A DNA stretch of 64,000 bases from Eledone cirrhosa. Taxonomy: Eukaryota. The notes under the pieces were generated by a model, which was not told the origin of the DNA, searched no databases, and saw nothing but the letters and a program-made list of their open reading frames with translations. Shown piece after piece: positions 11,480 through 24,189 of the stretch (its first letter is position 1; each line of letters begins with the position of its first letter). The stretch is taken from the NCBI GenBank assembly GCA_964016885.1, contig OZ024762.1, positions 5,642,001 through 5,706,000 on the forward strand, given 5' to 3'. The position numbers were made by a program, and so were the translations under genes.

Positions 11480-12173
11480 CTCTCCCTGTAATAGAAAGTT
11501 CCAATGGCATACTAGTACATCATGTTGCTGGACACAAGTGAATGTAGTAATATTTATCAGCTTTCAGTGACGTGTAATGTCACATCAAAGAGAAGATAAG
11601 CCAGGCCTGACCATTTACAGAGAACACATGTTGGTGTTGATTCAAATTGAAAAAAATTACCATGCCAGAAGCACTCTGCCAAGTATGCAACAGGCAAACA
11701 GAAATAACAAAGCAAACGACAGTACAACAAAGAAATATATTATTAGTTTTATGCTTGATATAGTAGAAAAAGACTTAACATTTCAGAGCATTGAAGAACA
11801 AATAAATATCTTGCAGAGATTATGTAACAGTAACTGCCTAAATACAAGATCTGATTTCTATAATCGCTGTCCCCATGCAGCCAAATATGTATTACATAAC
11901 TAGAAAGACCCAGACTAATTTCATCTGTTGGGGACCCAACCTGTTTGTATCCAGACGATCTCAATCACCAGTCTAACTTGAGTTAATTCCCTTGTCAATG
12001 AACTCGTGCATGACCGACGTTCTTCATATAGCCTTCTGTTTTTCGGCAATAAACCATTCAGTCAAGCGGGAAGATCTGCAAGGTGAAACGTGTATCATTA
12101 ACAAAGGTTAATTAACTATTGTGGAACTAACCTCTATCGGACTGAGTGCTCTACTACTATGGATATAACTTCT
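11480..12173 (+). mobile_element. Decayed Neptune-type Penelope-like element 3' end (GIY-YIG C-terminus, 3' UTR, decayed hammerhead, tail into (TA)n)
   Basis: EEQINILQRLCNSNCLNTRSDFYNRCPHAAKYVLHN* resembles the Neptune C-terminus (E...I...LN.RSE....C.H..K..L.N*). GGAAGA-TC..GGT-GAAAcgtgTA at about 12069-12096, CTGAGTGCT at 12142, (TA)n from 12174. Confidence 0.65.
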
Positions 12174-13288
12174 TATATATATATATATGAATGAAAATAG
12201 ACCGAGAAACGGGACTGTCCATCATCAGTAGTCTGCTGACTATCATTGGTATTTTTTCGCATTAAAGACTAAATAACTCAAAATCAGTGTGAGCAATAAC
12301 TAAAATAAGTTATTGGGACAGAGCGAGTTGGATGGGGAAAGTAAACAAACAACATGGTAGTAATGCAACGTAAAGAGAGGAAAAGAGAGACAAGTCAATG
12401 ATACTTGTGGACTTAAGTCCGAACAAATCAATCGATGAGAAGAGGCAGACACGTCCGAACCACGCGAATAGTGAGAGAGAAAAGGATTTCACACAGGTCA
12501 GATGGGAGGAAGTGAGAGAGGGGGGGGGGGGTAGCAGAGAGTGAGTGAGTGAGTGAAAGTGTGAGGAAGAGGCCAGCCGAGAGAGTGTGTGACCAGCAGA
12601 AGGGGTGAATGTAAAATGTAATGCATGAAAATTTGGAAAACATTATTTTTTGAAATATATCAAAGAGTCCTCCTCAGCGTTCTCGTGTAGCAAACATCCA
12701 CCATCTGAGTGAGTTTCTTGGTCAGTGTTCAAGTCTCAGACCCGTACAGCAGCACAGACTCCACTACATGTATATATATATATGTATTTATATGTGTGTA
12801 TATATATGTATATACAGTTCAAGAAATAACAAGACAAACATAGATGCAAAAACACAAACTCTTATTAGTTTCACATATATGTGTGTGTGTGTATACTCCA
12901 CTAAGAAACTCCTCACAGAACCCAAATGTTGCTAGATGTTTACCGTATATCTTGAAGTGCTGCCAAATTCCATCACACCTTTATGTTCTTTCCTGCAAAG
13001 ATACAAGAAAAGGTTGTCAGTTAAACTGGTAAGAATCAGCAGAAGATGACACACATACACACACATATATGTATATGTTTATACATACATATATATATAT
13101 ATACACTCACACACACATATATATATATGTATAGATATAAATATACACACACATATTTATATATATATATATATTAATAAAAGGAATTCCAACTTTGCCT
13201 GATTTACTCGTTTTATTTACAATCCTTTAAAATTATAATGATATTATAATGAAATAGTATGGTAGAATATTAAATGTTAAGTGTTAAT

Positions 13289-13327
13289 TGAACAAGTACT
13301 TTCATGCTTTCACAATCTTCAGGTTCA
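13289..13327 (-). ncRNA. Minimal type I hammerhead ribozyme (left arm)
   Basis: TGAAC-CTGAAGA-ttgt gaaa gcat-GAAA-gtac-TT|GTTCA: perfect 5-bp stem I, palindromic stem III, weakened stem II. Confidence 0.65.
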
Positions 13328-13404
13328 TATTCAGTGGTGACAGTCAAGTTTGCAATTTTCAACTGAAAATTGAAAATTACAAACTTGACTGTCACTACTG
13401 AATA

Positions 13405-13443
13405 TGAAACTGAAGAGTGCGAAAGCATGAAAGTACTTGTTCA
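13405..13443 (+). ncRNA. Minimal type I hammerhead ribozyme (right arm)
   Basis: TGAAA-CTGAAGA-GTGC gaaa GCAT-GAAA-gtac-TT|GTTCA: GNRA-capped stem II, palindromic stem III, one stem I mismatch. Confidence 0.7.
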
Positions 13444-14289
13444 ATTAACACTTAACATTTAATATTCTACCATACTATATCATTATAATTTTAAAGGATT
13501 GTAAATAAAACGAGTAAATCAGACAAAGTTGAAATTCCTTTTATTAATATAATCTTCTATACACAATCATACACACCTGTGTATATTTATATATATATAT
13601 ATATATATATACAAATTATCCATCCCACACTGTAAAGTGGTCATGTAAAAGACACGGCAAAAAGCACCCAGCATACACTGTAAATGTGGTTGGAGTTAGG
13701 AAGGGCTTCCAGCTGTAGAAAACCTGCCAGACAGTCCTATACGAGTGAGATGACCAATCTTGCCTCAAGTGGGACAATTCCTGTTTAAACCCATGCTAGC
13801 GTGGAAGATAGACGTTAAACAATGATGATGATGATGATGATTTGATATGTATCAATTAAACCTAAATTTAGTATAATTCTACTAATTTAAAAAATAGGTT
13901 GAGTTGTCTTAATGGGACCGGCTTGGAGATATTTTTAGAATTTCCTTACGGCCTGTCCTGTAATATCTGCCCTTCTGTTAAACATTATGTTAACACTATG
14001 TGGAGAACATTTCAAAATTCCTCCCTGGGGATTACTAGTAATTTTGCACAGTGTCAGATATATATATATATAGAAGACTTATTGAAGACTTACTGATGAA
14101 AGAAATATTGGTCTTGAGTTGTTTATTACCAAAATCAATAATTGGCGATTGATATTAATTACCAAGATCGATGGTTTGCATCTTTTCATCAATTTCGAGG
14201 AACAGGTCTGTTTCAGTGACTATAGGCATTGTTACCATATTGTCCAGCGATTCTTTCCTATGACATTCTAACCACATACCCATAGTATT

Positions 14290-14650
14290 GGAGCTGTGAT
14301 CTCTCAATTCGGAGAAGTAGCAACTCTACCTGGAGTGACTCTCTGATTTCTGAGCTACGTACTTTATTGAGTAATGTTACTCCAAAGACTCTTCGGAGAC
14401 ATCCCATTTCAGCCACCTGTATTTGCGATTGTATTCTTTACCCAAGATTCATGACCATAAGCAAGGGTTGGCACAAACACCGAATTAAAGATAGCGAGAT
14501 TGGTTTTTACACCTACCTCCCTTCTTTTGATTACTGAATGCTGAAGCTGGTGCATTACTGCACCAGCTCCTGCAATACATGCATTTAATTCAGTCTCCTG
14601 CCTTCCATCATTCGTGAACACAGCCCCGGGATACTTGAACCTCTCTACCT
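14290..14650 (-). pseudogene. RTE LINE ORF fragment
   Basis: FKYPGAVFTNDGRQETELNACIAGAGAVM...LAIFNSVFVPTLAYGHESW; same family as 35425-35810. Confidence 0.75.
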
Positions 14651-15050
14651 ACATATTAATTGTTCTATATATAGTTTATTCAGCTGTAGAAATGAGATGC
14701 TAGGGACTGAGGTCCATATCATTCCACTGCAAAGTGGTCGTGGAGGTGCCACGGCAAAAAAAGCACCCAGCCCACACTGTAAATGAGGTTGGTGTTAGGA
14801 AGGGCATCCAGCTGTAGAAATCAAGCCAGAATCAGTTCCCGTCCCACCCTTGCAAGCAGGGAAAAGTGGACGTAAAATGAAATGATGATGATGATGATAT
14901 GTACAAAATACTAAGAGTTTCTCAATTGATATATATATTTTTATACTTCATTTAAACTTGTATAAAGCTCTGAACTAATATTCAAGGAGCTTTTGTATTG
15001 AGAAACTCAATCAATATATATTTTATATATATTGATTAAATCTAAATTTA

Positions 15051-15121
<71 letters not shown>

Positions 15122-15915
15122 CCCCCGCCCCTACACACATATGTGTATGTATATATATATATATATATATATATACAGAGAGAGAGAGAGAGGGGGGGAG
15201 AGAAATGTTTGAAAAGTAATAGAAAATAGGAAATAATTTAAAAGGTAAATAGGAGAGGAAATAAAGACGAGAATAATTTTAGATATAAGAAAAATTTATA
15301 TATTTACTAGTAGAGGTACCCGGCGATGACCAGGTTTTTCATGAAAGTAACAATATATTTTTGCACACGTTATGGGGTCGATAAAATAAAGTACCAGTAA
15401 TGTACTGGGCAATTGCTGGCCTTGTGCCTAAAGTAGAAACAATTATTATTATTATTAGCAATAGTAGCAGTAGTAGTAGAGCAGTAGTAAAGAGTTGTTA
15501 GAATGTTGGATATAATGCTTTACAGTATTCATTCTGGCTTTCTGCTCCGAGTTAACATTGCCTTTCATCCTTTTGAGATCGATAAATAAAGTACCAGTCT
15601 TGTACTGGGGGTCGATACTCCCTCTATATCTCTTTCTTACTTCCTCTCTGTCTTTATCTCTTGAAAACAATCGGCTGTGTTTAAAACTGGAGAGGAGATG
15701 AGCCCTGCCAAATATAAAAGAACAAAAACAAACACCCAAGAAATAGTGTATGCGACTAGGGTACCCTGACAACTTCATCAGGAGTTATGGCTTGAAAGAA
15801 GAAGATGAAAAAAACCCAGCAGCAGTAGTAATAGCATTGGCACATTGTTACATTGCTGAAAACTTGGTCTTTGCATTAAAACCTGTCGTAAACATCTGTT
15901 AAATCCAATCTCATT

Positions 15916-15983
<68 letters not shown>

Positions 15984-16191
15984 ATTAAATGAGAAAAATA
16001 AAAAAAAGAAGAATTTCTGCTTGATTCTGAGTGGAAGAATAAAATCATGTCTGCAAGTGAGAGGTGTCAAGAGTGTTTTTTTTTTTTTTTTTTCTTTTTT
16101 CACAAACATTCCATTAGGGAATGGAATCCAATTTAGAAGTAATTTACTGATTCAACAACATTGAAATATGTGTATATATGTGTGTGCCTGC

Positions 16192-16239
<48 letters not shown>

Positions 16240-16313
16240 CATCATCCCTGTTTAATGTCTATTTTCCATACTTGCATGGGTTGTAAATATATACACATAC
16301 ATATGTATGTATG

Positions 16314-16361
<48 letters not shown>

Positions 16362-16364
<3 letters not shown>

Positions 16365-16554
16365 CGAAGGAGTTGTGGTATGGAAACAGATGGACCATAA
16401 CGCACCAGAGTACTCAATACTTAGGGTAGTAGAGTGGGTAATAGGAAAATGTATGACCCCGACGGCAGAGCTCAAGCCGTTTCGACAGCTTTTTCTGGAC
16501 CAGAAATAGCCATCGAAACGGCTTGAGCTCTGCCGTCGGGGTCATACATTTTCC
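16362..16554 (-). mobile_element. Family A palindromic remnant between (TA)n tracts
   Basis: Homologous to 3731-3962; arms AGGAAAATGTATGACCCCGACGGCAGAGCTCAAGCCGTTTCGA and its reverse complement. Confidence 0.7.
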
Positions 16555-16863
16555 TATATATATATATATATAAATATATATAATTATATAGCTCTATAGC
16601 ATACATAGAGCACTCTCCTTTCCGATACCCTTCCTACGGAAACACTTCATATATATATATCATCATCACCATTTTACGTCGGTACTTCCACGCTAGCATG
16701 GGTTAGACAGGTTCTCCTGTTGCGAACAGTGTCCGGTTGGCTGACCTTGTCTTGCTCATACGGGAACTGATTCTGGCTTGATTTCTACAGCTGGATGCCC
16801 TTCCTAACACCAACACACACACACACACACACAGACGCACACACACACACACATATATATATA

Positions 16864-17053
16864 TAATTGTTTCTACTTTAGGCACAAGACCAGCAATTAC
16901 CCAGTGCATTACTGGTACTTTATTTTATTGACCCCGTAAGGATGAAAGGCAAAGTCAACCTCGGCGGGATTTGAACTCAGATCGTAAAGGGACGTAACTA
17001 TGCTGGAAAGCATGGCGTCCGACCCTCTACCAATACTGCCAATCCACCGCCCC
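16864..17053 (-). mobile_element. Full-length tRNA-derived SINE with Nin/Deu-like central domain
   Basis: A box TGGCAGTATTGG, B box GAGTTCAAATCC, core GCCTTTCATCCTTACGGGGTC.ATAAAATAAAGTACCAG, tail AGTAGAAACAATTAT. Confidence 0.85.
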
Positions 17054-17064
17054 TTTATATATAT

Positions 17065-17329
17065 AATGATATTAAATATATGGAAACTATATTTATAAAA
17101 CCATATTTATTTAATTATATATATTTCAAGGGTACCAAGACAACATTGGTACGCTTTCATCAAGGTTTCCCTTGAAATATATATAATAAAATAAATATGC
17201 TTTTATAAATATAGTTTCCATTTATTTAATATCATTGAATATTTACTCCAGTAAACTGTTGAGTGCTCTAAATCAGTTATAAACATTTATGTTTGTCGGA
17301 CTTCCAACAAATTAAATACAACTTCTACT
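17065..17329. mobile_element. PLE-like palindrome with hammerhead remnant at the centre and a TTGAGTGCT tail
   Basis: Arms about 17065-17131 and 17169-17236. Minus strand reads TTGATGA-AAGCGTACCAA..TTGGTACCCTT-GAAA-tatata-TA; motif at 17259; (TA)n at 17330. Confidence 0.65.
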
Positions 17330-18384
17330 TATATATATATATATATATATAATTATCATACTTTTACATTAGTTTTTCAAAATATATATACAGGGTGTTG
17401 TACAGGTAGGGAGGTAGATAGGGATAAGGTATGTGTGTGTGTATGAGAGAGAGGGAGAGAGAAAGAGAGTGAGTGAGAGAGAGGGAGGGAGAGAGAGAGA
17501 GGGAGATGCTGTGTTAATTTGTGGAATTTACAAGAATGGACAGTGTTGTGGTGATAGTTGTGGTGGTAGTGATGGTGTATAGGTTGTGGTTGTGTTGTAG
17601 ATGGTGATGATTGTGGTGTGGGTAGTAGTGGTGGTGGTGGTGGTGGTTGTGGTATGTAAGTGGTGGTGGTGGTGGTTGTGGTATGTGATGGTGGTGATGG
17701 TAATGGTGTTATTGATTGTGGTGGTGGTGTGTGGGTGGTGATGATTGCGGTGTGGGTAGTAGTGGTGGTGGTGGTTGTGGTATGTAAGTGGTGGTGGTGG
17801 TGGTGGTGGTGGTTGTGGTATGTGATGGCGTGTAGGATGTGATGGTGGTGATGGTAATGGTGTTATTGATTGTGGTGGTGGTGTGTGGGTGGTGATGATT
17901 GTGGTGTGGGTAGTAGTGGTGGTGGTGGTCGTTGTGGTATGTAAGTGGTGGTGGTGATGTAGGTGATGGTGTTGTGAAGGGAATGGAAGAGGTGGTGGAA
18001 GGGGGTCAGTTTGTGTTTTTACTTTTAAAACAATAAATGACGATAGACGCCATTAAAGAATTGGTTTTCCTATGAAATAAAAAAAAAAACACAAACACTC
18101 CTAAACATACACGTGTGTGTCTATGTGTGTGTGTATGTGTGACAGTGTGTGTCCATGTGTGTGTGTATGTGTGACAGTGTGTGTCTATGTGTGTGTGTAT
18201 GTGTGACAGTGTGTGTCTATGTGTGTGTGTATGTGTGACAGTGTGTGTCCATGTGTGTGTGTGTGTATGCATGACAGTGTGTGTATATGTGTGTGTGTGT
18301 ATTATTATCAGCAGAAACATTTTATGTCCACTTCTCCATGCTTGTGTGGGTTGGATGGGTCTGTTCTAGCACAGCAGCCTTCTA

Positions 18385-19383
18385 CTTAGTTGTGACATAG
18401 GTATTATAGCAATCATAGGGTTGTCTTAGCTGTGATATAGGTGTAATAGCAATGGTCGGGTTGTCTTAGCTATGACTTAGGTATAATAGCTATGGCAAGG
18501 ATGTCTTAGCTATGACATGGGTATTATAGCTATGGCAGGGATGCCTTAGCTATGACATAAGTGTAATAGCGATGGTAGGGTTGTCTTAGCTATGATATAG
18601 GTATTATAGCTATGGCAGGGATGTCTTAGCTATGACATAAGTGTAACAGCGATGGTAGGGCTGCCTTAGCTATGATATAGGTATAATAGCAATGGCAGGG
18701 ATGTAATAGCTATGACATAAGTGTAATAGCGATGGTAGGGCTGTCTTAGCTATGATATAGGTATAATAGCAATGGCAGGGATGTCTTAGCTATGACATAG
18801 GTGTAATAGTAATGGTAGGGCTGTCTTAGCTATGATATAGGTATAATAGCATTGGCAGGGATGTCTTAGCTATGACATAAGTGTAATAGTGATGGTAGGG
18901 CTGTCTTAGCTATGATATAGGTATAATAGCAATGGCAGGGATGTCTTAGCTATGACATAGGTGTAATAGTGATGGTAGGGCTGTCTTAGCTATGATATAG
19001 GTATAATAGCAATTGCAGGGATGTCTTAGCTATGACATAGGTGTAATAGCGATGGTAGGGCTGCCTTAGCTATGATATAGGTATAATAGCATTGGCAGGG
19101 ATGTCTTAGCTATGACATAAGTGTAATAGTGATGGTAGGGCTGTCTTAGCTATGATATAGGTATAATAGCAATGGCATGGATGTCTTAACTATGACATAA
19201 GTGTAATAGCGATGGTAGGGCTGTCTTAGCTATGATATAGGTATAATAGCATTGGCAGGGATGTCTTAACTATGACATAAGTGTAATAGCGATTGTAGGG
19301 CTGTCTTAGCTATGATATAGGTATAATAGCATTGGCAGGGATGTCTTAGCTATGACATAGGTGTAATAGCGATGGTAGGGCTG
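18385..19383. repeat. 40-bp minisatellite with alternating A/B units (80-bp higher order)
   Basis: TAGCTATGATATAGGTATAATAGCAATGGCAGGGATGTCT alternates with TAGCTATGACATAAGTGTAATAGCGATGGTAGGGCTGTCT. Confidence 0.92.
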
Positions 19384-19395
19384 TAGTATTCATTT

Positions 19396-19626
19396 ATCAA
19401 ATAATGGTAGTTAAGACAGGATTATTTCACCATTATTGCTTTATTGTATGATACATATTTCTGTTACATGGTTATGCATGTGACTTCATTAGATGGTTAC
19501 ACAATCATAAGTGCAGTTATGCAATCATGGGGATATGCTGGAGGCCATGTATAACTATCATGTTGAACTATATATCGTGCAATAAAACAACTATGGTGAA
19601 ATAACCCCATCTTAACTACCCTTATT

Positions 19627-19630
<4 letters not shown>
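19396..19630. mobile_element. Old diverged PLE-like inverted repeat abutting (TA)n
   Basis: ATCAAATAATGGTAGTTAAGA..TTATTTCACCAT versus ATGGTGAAATAA..TCTTAACTACCCTTATTTGAT; decayed CTAATGA...GAAAtatgtaTC on minus. Confidence 0.55.
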
Positions 19631-19671
<41 letters not shown>

Positions 19672-19811
19672 AAAAAACAAACAAACAGAAATAAAACGTC
19701 AGTATAATGAAGACAATAGAATGAGAAACGTTGACGAGACGGGTAGTGGCGGAAATGAAACTAAATTTTTATATAAAAATAACATCGTTTGATGTCATCT
19801 TAAGGAATATA

Positions 19812-20313
19812 CTAGCAGAATGGCCCGGCGTTGCTTGGGATTTGCTCTAGGGTTCTTATATATTTGATATATATTTATCCTTATCGAGCCTCGTGAAATA
19901 AATGCGTTTGTTTATATTTTGTTATTGTGTGTGCAAGAAGAAGAAGAAGAAGAAGAATCTGTGAGCGTAGAAGAAAATATTTCGAAAAACGTTACACACT
20001 ATATATATATATACACACACACGACGTCATAATGTCGTAATGCAGACAGCCAGACATACAGACAGATATTATAAGGGTGCAACGTTATATGTATGTATCT
20101 ATCTAAAAATAAAGACTAAGAATTATAGAGAGAGATCGCCAAATCGCCTAATGCGCTCCCTAGGGCATTGAAAATTTGACATTTATTTTTCTCAAAACAC
20201 TCACAGGAGCATAAGTATTACATGTGTAAAGTTTGAAAACAATCGGTTGGGTGGTTCTCGAGTTTTAGGGAGTCAGTCAGACAGACAGACATTCTCTGTT
20301 TTAGATATATAGA
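19812..20313 (-). mobile_element. Non-autonomous Helitron-like element
   Basis: Minus strand starts TCTATATATCTAAAACAGAGAATGTCTGTCTGTC, contains CCAACCGATT..CAAACTTT, and ends GCAACGCCGGGCCATTCTGCTAG|T. Confidence 0.75.
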
Positions 20314-20349
20314 TAGATATGTATATTTGAAAAAGAGAAGAATGACTTT

Positions 20350-21184
20350 ACTGGTGGGTGGTGATGGGATGGTGGTTGTAGTGGTGGTGTAGTGGTTGTG
20401 GTGGTGGTGGTGGTGGGGTGGTGGTTGTAGTGGTGGTGTAGTGGTTGTGGTGGTGGTGGTGGTGGTGGGGTGGTGGTTGTAGTGGTGGTGTAGCGGTTGT
20501 GGTGGTGGTGGGGTGGTGGTGTAGTGGTTGTGATGGTGGTGGTGGTGGGGTGGTGGTTGTAGTGGTGGTGTAGTGGTTTTGTGGTGATGTGATGGTGGTG
20601 GGGTGATGGTTGTAGTGGTGGTGTAGCGGTTGTGGTGATGTGATGGTGGTGGGGTGATGGTTGTAGTGGTGGTGGTGGTGGTGGTGTAGTGGTGCTGTCG
20701 TGGTGGTGGTGGGAAGTGATGGTGAGGTGGTTATGATGATGGTGTAGTGGTTTTGATGGTGATGGTGGTGTAGTGGTGGTGGTTGTGATGGTGGGATGGA
20801 GGTGGTGGTGGTGGCAGTGTAGTGGTGGTGTAGTGCTTGTGGTGGTGTGATGGTTATAGTGGTAGTGATGGTGCTGGTAGTAGCAGTAGTAGTGGCAGTA
20901 GTAGTAGTGGTGGTGGTAGTGGTGATAGTAGTAGTAGCAGTGGTGGTGGTAGTGGTGATAGTAGTAGTAGCAGTAGTGGTGGTAGTGGTGATAGTAGTAG
21001 TAGCAGTAGTGGTGGTAGTGGTGACAGCAGTAGTAGTAGTAGTAGTAGTGCTGGTAGTAGTGACAGTAGTAGTAGTAGCAGTAGTGGTGACAATAGTAGT
21101 AGCAGTAGTGGTGGTGATAGTAGTAGTAGCAGTAGTGGTGACAGTAGTAGTAGTAGCAGTAGTAGTGGTGGTGGTAGTGGTGAC

Positions 21185-21224
<40 letters not shown>

Positions 21225-21410
21225 ATAGTGGTGGTGATAGTAGTAGTAGTAGTGGTAGTGGTGGTGGTATTGGTGAATAGCAGCAGTGGTGGCTGTAGTG
21301 GTGACAGAAGTAGTAGCAGTAGTGGTGGTGGTAGTGGTGACAGTAGTAGCAGTAGTGGTGGTGGTAGTGGTGACAGTAGTAGTAGTAGTAGCAGCGGTGG
21401 TGGTGATGTA
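20350..21410. repeat. (GGT)n/(AGT)n low-complexity tract
   Basis: Direct reading; similar tracts at about 17545-17975, 30650-30925, 31575-32250, 36830-37215, 43260-43770, 45885-46375, 46770-47350 and 53135-53690. Confidence 0.9.
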
Positions 21411-21589
21411 GAAATTCCATGGAATGGCTGTTCCAGTGCATCTCCCTTACTATCTTACATATTGATTGTGTATCTATAGTGATTGCTATTAGATCAATAT
21501 CATACAGACACTGTTCTAACATGGAGGGGTTGTGGTGGTGTTGGCTTTGTGGTGGTTTGTTTGGTGTTGTGGTGGTGGTGGTAGTTGAT

Positions 21590-22072
21590 ATATAATTGTG
21601 GTGGAGGTTGTGGTATAGTGTTGGTGGTGGAGGTTGTGGTTTAATGGTGGTGGAGGTTGTGGTATAGTGATGGTGGAGGTTGTGGTATAGTGATGGTGGA
21701 GGTTGTGGTATAGTGATGGCGGAGGTTGTGGTATAGTGATGGTGGAGGTTGTGGTATAGTGTTGGTGGAGGTTGTGGTATAGTGTTGGTGGTGGAGGTTG
21801 TGGTATAGTGTTGGTGGAGGTTGTGGTATAGTGTTGGTGGTGGAGCTTGTGGTACAGTGATGGCGGAGGTTGTGGTATAGTGATGGCGGAGGTTGTGGTA
21901 TAGTGATGGTGGAGGTTGTGGTATAGTGATGGCGGAGGTTGTGGTATAGTGATGGTGGAGGTTGTGGTATAGTGATGGTGGAGGTTGTGGTATAGTGATG
22001 GTGGAGGTTGTGGTATAGTGATGGTGGAGGTTGTGGTATAGTGATGGTGGAGGTTGTGGTATAGTGATGGTG
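21590..22072. repeat. 23-bp minisatellite (GGAGGTTGTGGTATAGTGATGGT)n
   Basis: About 20 tandem units. Confidence 0.92.
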
Positions 22073-22321
22073 GGATCCGTGTTGGTGGTGGTGGTGTTGA
22101 TATGTACTTATGTATGTATATATATGTATGTAATGTATGTATGTAATGCATGTATTTATATATAAATAAACCGGCAACCCCACCAAGTTTACTTGGTGGG
22201 GAGGAGGATTTTGGACACCCTGGAGGACAAAAAACAAACCTTGACAAAGGTCAGAAGAACTCATAAGTGTCAACAGCCATCCAAAAATATGTAAATATGT
22301 ATATACATGTATGCATGTGTA

Positions 22322-22368
<47 letters not shown>

Positions 22369-22734
22369 TTATATGTGTGTGTACATGTAAGCATGTGTAT
22401 GTATATGCGCGGGGAAATAGAAATAATCGGGCTGGACACCCGATTGCGTGGTTAAACCACTGGGAGTGAAGGACCCCTAGCCCTTGTCAGGGCATTCTTC
22501 TTGGAGAAGGCAACTCAGGAAACTGGGATAACTCCGATATAAAACCTGCGGCTCAGTAGTTACCGATGATGTTGATCTTTTCTTCTTTTCAGGTTATAGC
22601 TAGTCTCTCAGAGAGTGGGATTGGCTCAGTGCACAGTCTTTCCTCACTTTAAAAAATATTTTCACGCACAGGCATTGCACGATAGAATTAATTGATAATA
22701 TTAATAATGTTATATCGTGCAATGGTCATATCAA

Positions 22735-22923
22735 TAATTGTTTCTACTTTAGGCACAAGGCCAGCAATTACCCAGTGCATTACTGGTACTTTATTTTATC
22801 GACCCCGTAAGGATGAAAGGCAAAGTCAACCTCGGCGGGATTTGAACTCAGATCGTAAAGGGACGTAACTATGCTGGAAAACATGGCGTCCGACCCTCTA
22901 CCGATACTGCCAATCCACCGCCC
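22735..22923 (-). mobile_element. Full-length tRNA/Nin-type SINE
   Basis: Nearly identical to 16864-17053. Confidence 0.85.
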
Positions 22924-22989
22924 ATATGGTCATATCAATAATGAGTGAGGGGTAGCCATCAGATATGTATGCATATTGACAAATCTGGA

Positions 22990-23405
22990 TGTTGATAGCA
23001 GAAATCGTCCCCATACATTGCCCTTCAAGTCCTGCTGGGTGTTTGAAGGCCCACCATTTGGGTCCTGCTTATGGAGTGAACACTTCAATTCCTGCTGGGT
23101 GTTTAAAGGCCCACCATTTGGGTCCAGCTTATGGAGTGAACACTTCAAGTCCTGCTGGGTGTTTAAAGGCCCACCATTTGGGTCCAGCTTATGGAGTGAA
23201 CACTTCAAAGCAGCAGAAATTCCCACCTGTGAAATGATTCTACTGCCCTGCCCTCCGCAGTTCATTTGCAATGAGTGTGGCTTAATTTGTAATGTTTGAT
23301 GACACACCTCAGCTACTAATGCTAGGGGACAGACAGTTCAAGTGTCACATCTGTGAACATGCTTGCAAAACAAAAGCAGATCTGGAAAGTCACTTGTCAA
23401 CATAA
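22990..23405 (+). pseudogene. C2H2-finger-encoding 3' remnant of an RTE-like LINE with an internal 60-bp triplication
   Basis: QFICNECGLIC and FKCHICEHACKTKADLESHLS resemble 59153-59815; 60-bp unit repeated three times at about 23025-23208. Confidence 0.55.
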
Positions 23406-23439
23406 TAATTATGTGTCAGCCAAATCTTCTATACAGGCA

Positions 23440-23980
23440 CACAATAATTATGTGTCAGTGAGACCTTCCATACATATTAAAGAGTATCTCTATATCAGTT
23501 AAGTTTTCTATACATACACACAATTCTGTATCAGTCAAGTCTTCCATATATACACACAGTATTTCTACATCAGTCAAGTCTTCCATACATACACACAATC
23601 TCCTCCATATACACAATATTTCTATATCAGTCAAGCCATCCATACATACACAGCATTTCTATATCAGTCAAGTCTTCCATACATACACACAATATTTTTA
23701 TATCAGTCAAGCCTTCCATACATACACACAATCTTCTCCATACACACAATCATTTTATATCAGACAAGCCTTCCATACATACCACAATCCTATATCAATC
23801 AAATCTTCCATGCATACAGCATTTCTATATAAGTCAAGTCGTCCATACATACCACATTTCTATATAAGTCAAGTCTTCCATACATACCACAATTATATAT
23901 CAGTCAAGTCTTTCATACATACACACAATATTTCTATATCAGTCAAGCCTTCCATACATATGCACAATCTTCTCCATACA
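23440..23980. repeat. Degenerate minisatellite of about 35-40 bp (TATATCAGTCAAGTCTTCCATACATACACAC...)
   Basis: Recurrent tandem core. Confidence 0.85.
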
Positions 23981-24189
23981 GCCAATGAAGTAGATGAGCT
24001 GCCTGTATATCTAGCAGACATCTGTTAAAGTTGCTAAATACTATGTAACTAATCCAGATGTGATATTCTATAGATATTAATCAGCTTGTCTAATCCTCTT
24101 TAATTTCCCCATCTTTGTATAAACACCATATTAGTAGCAATGTCAGTGATAATCTGTGATTCTTATCTCAGTCTGTTGTATATATTTAT

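Larger units (their letters stand above)
13171..13582. mobile_element. PLE-like fold-back palindrome (about 185-bp arms) with short tail, between (TA)n tracts
   Basis: 13171-about 13360 is the reverse complement of about 13365-13550 with few differences; hammerhead on each arm. Confidence 0.8.

Noticed and set aside
16960-17053. tRNA gene (A and B boxes)
   Set aside because: It is the head of a multi-copy SINE and does not form a full cloverleaf.
18385-19383. CRISPR-like periodicity (also 27219-27483 and 60890-61435)
   Set aside because: There are no unique spacers or cas genes; these are ordinary eukaryotic tandem repeats.
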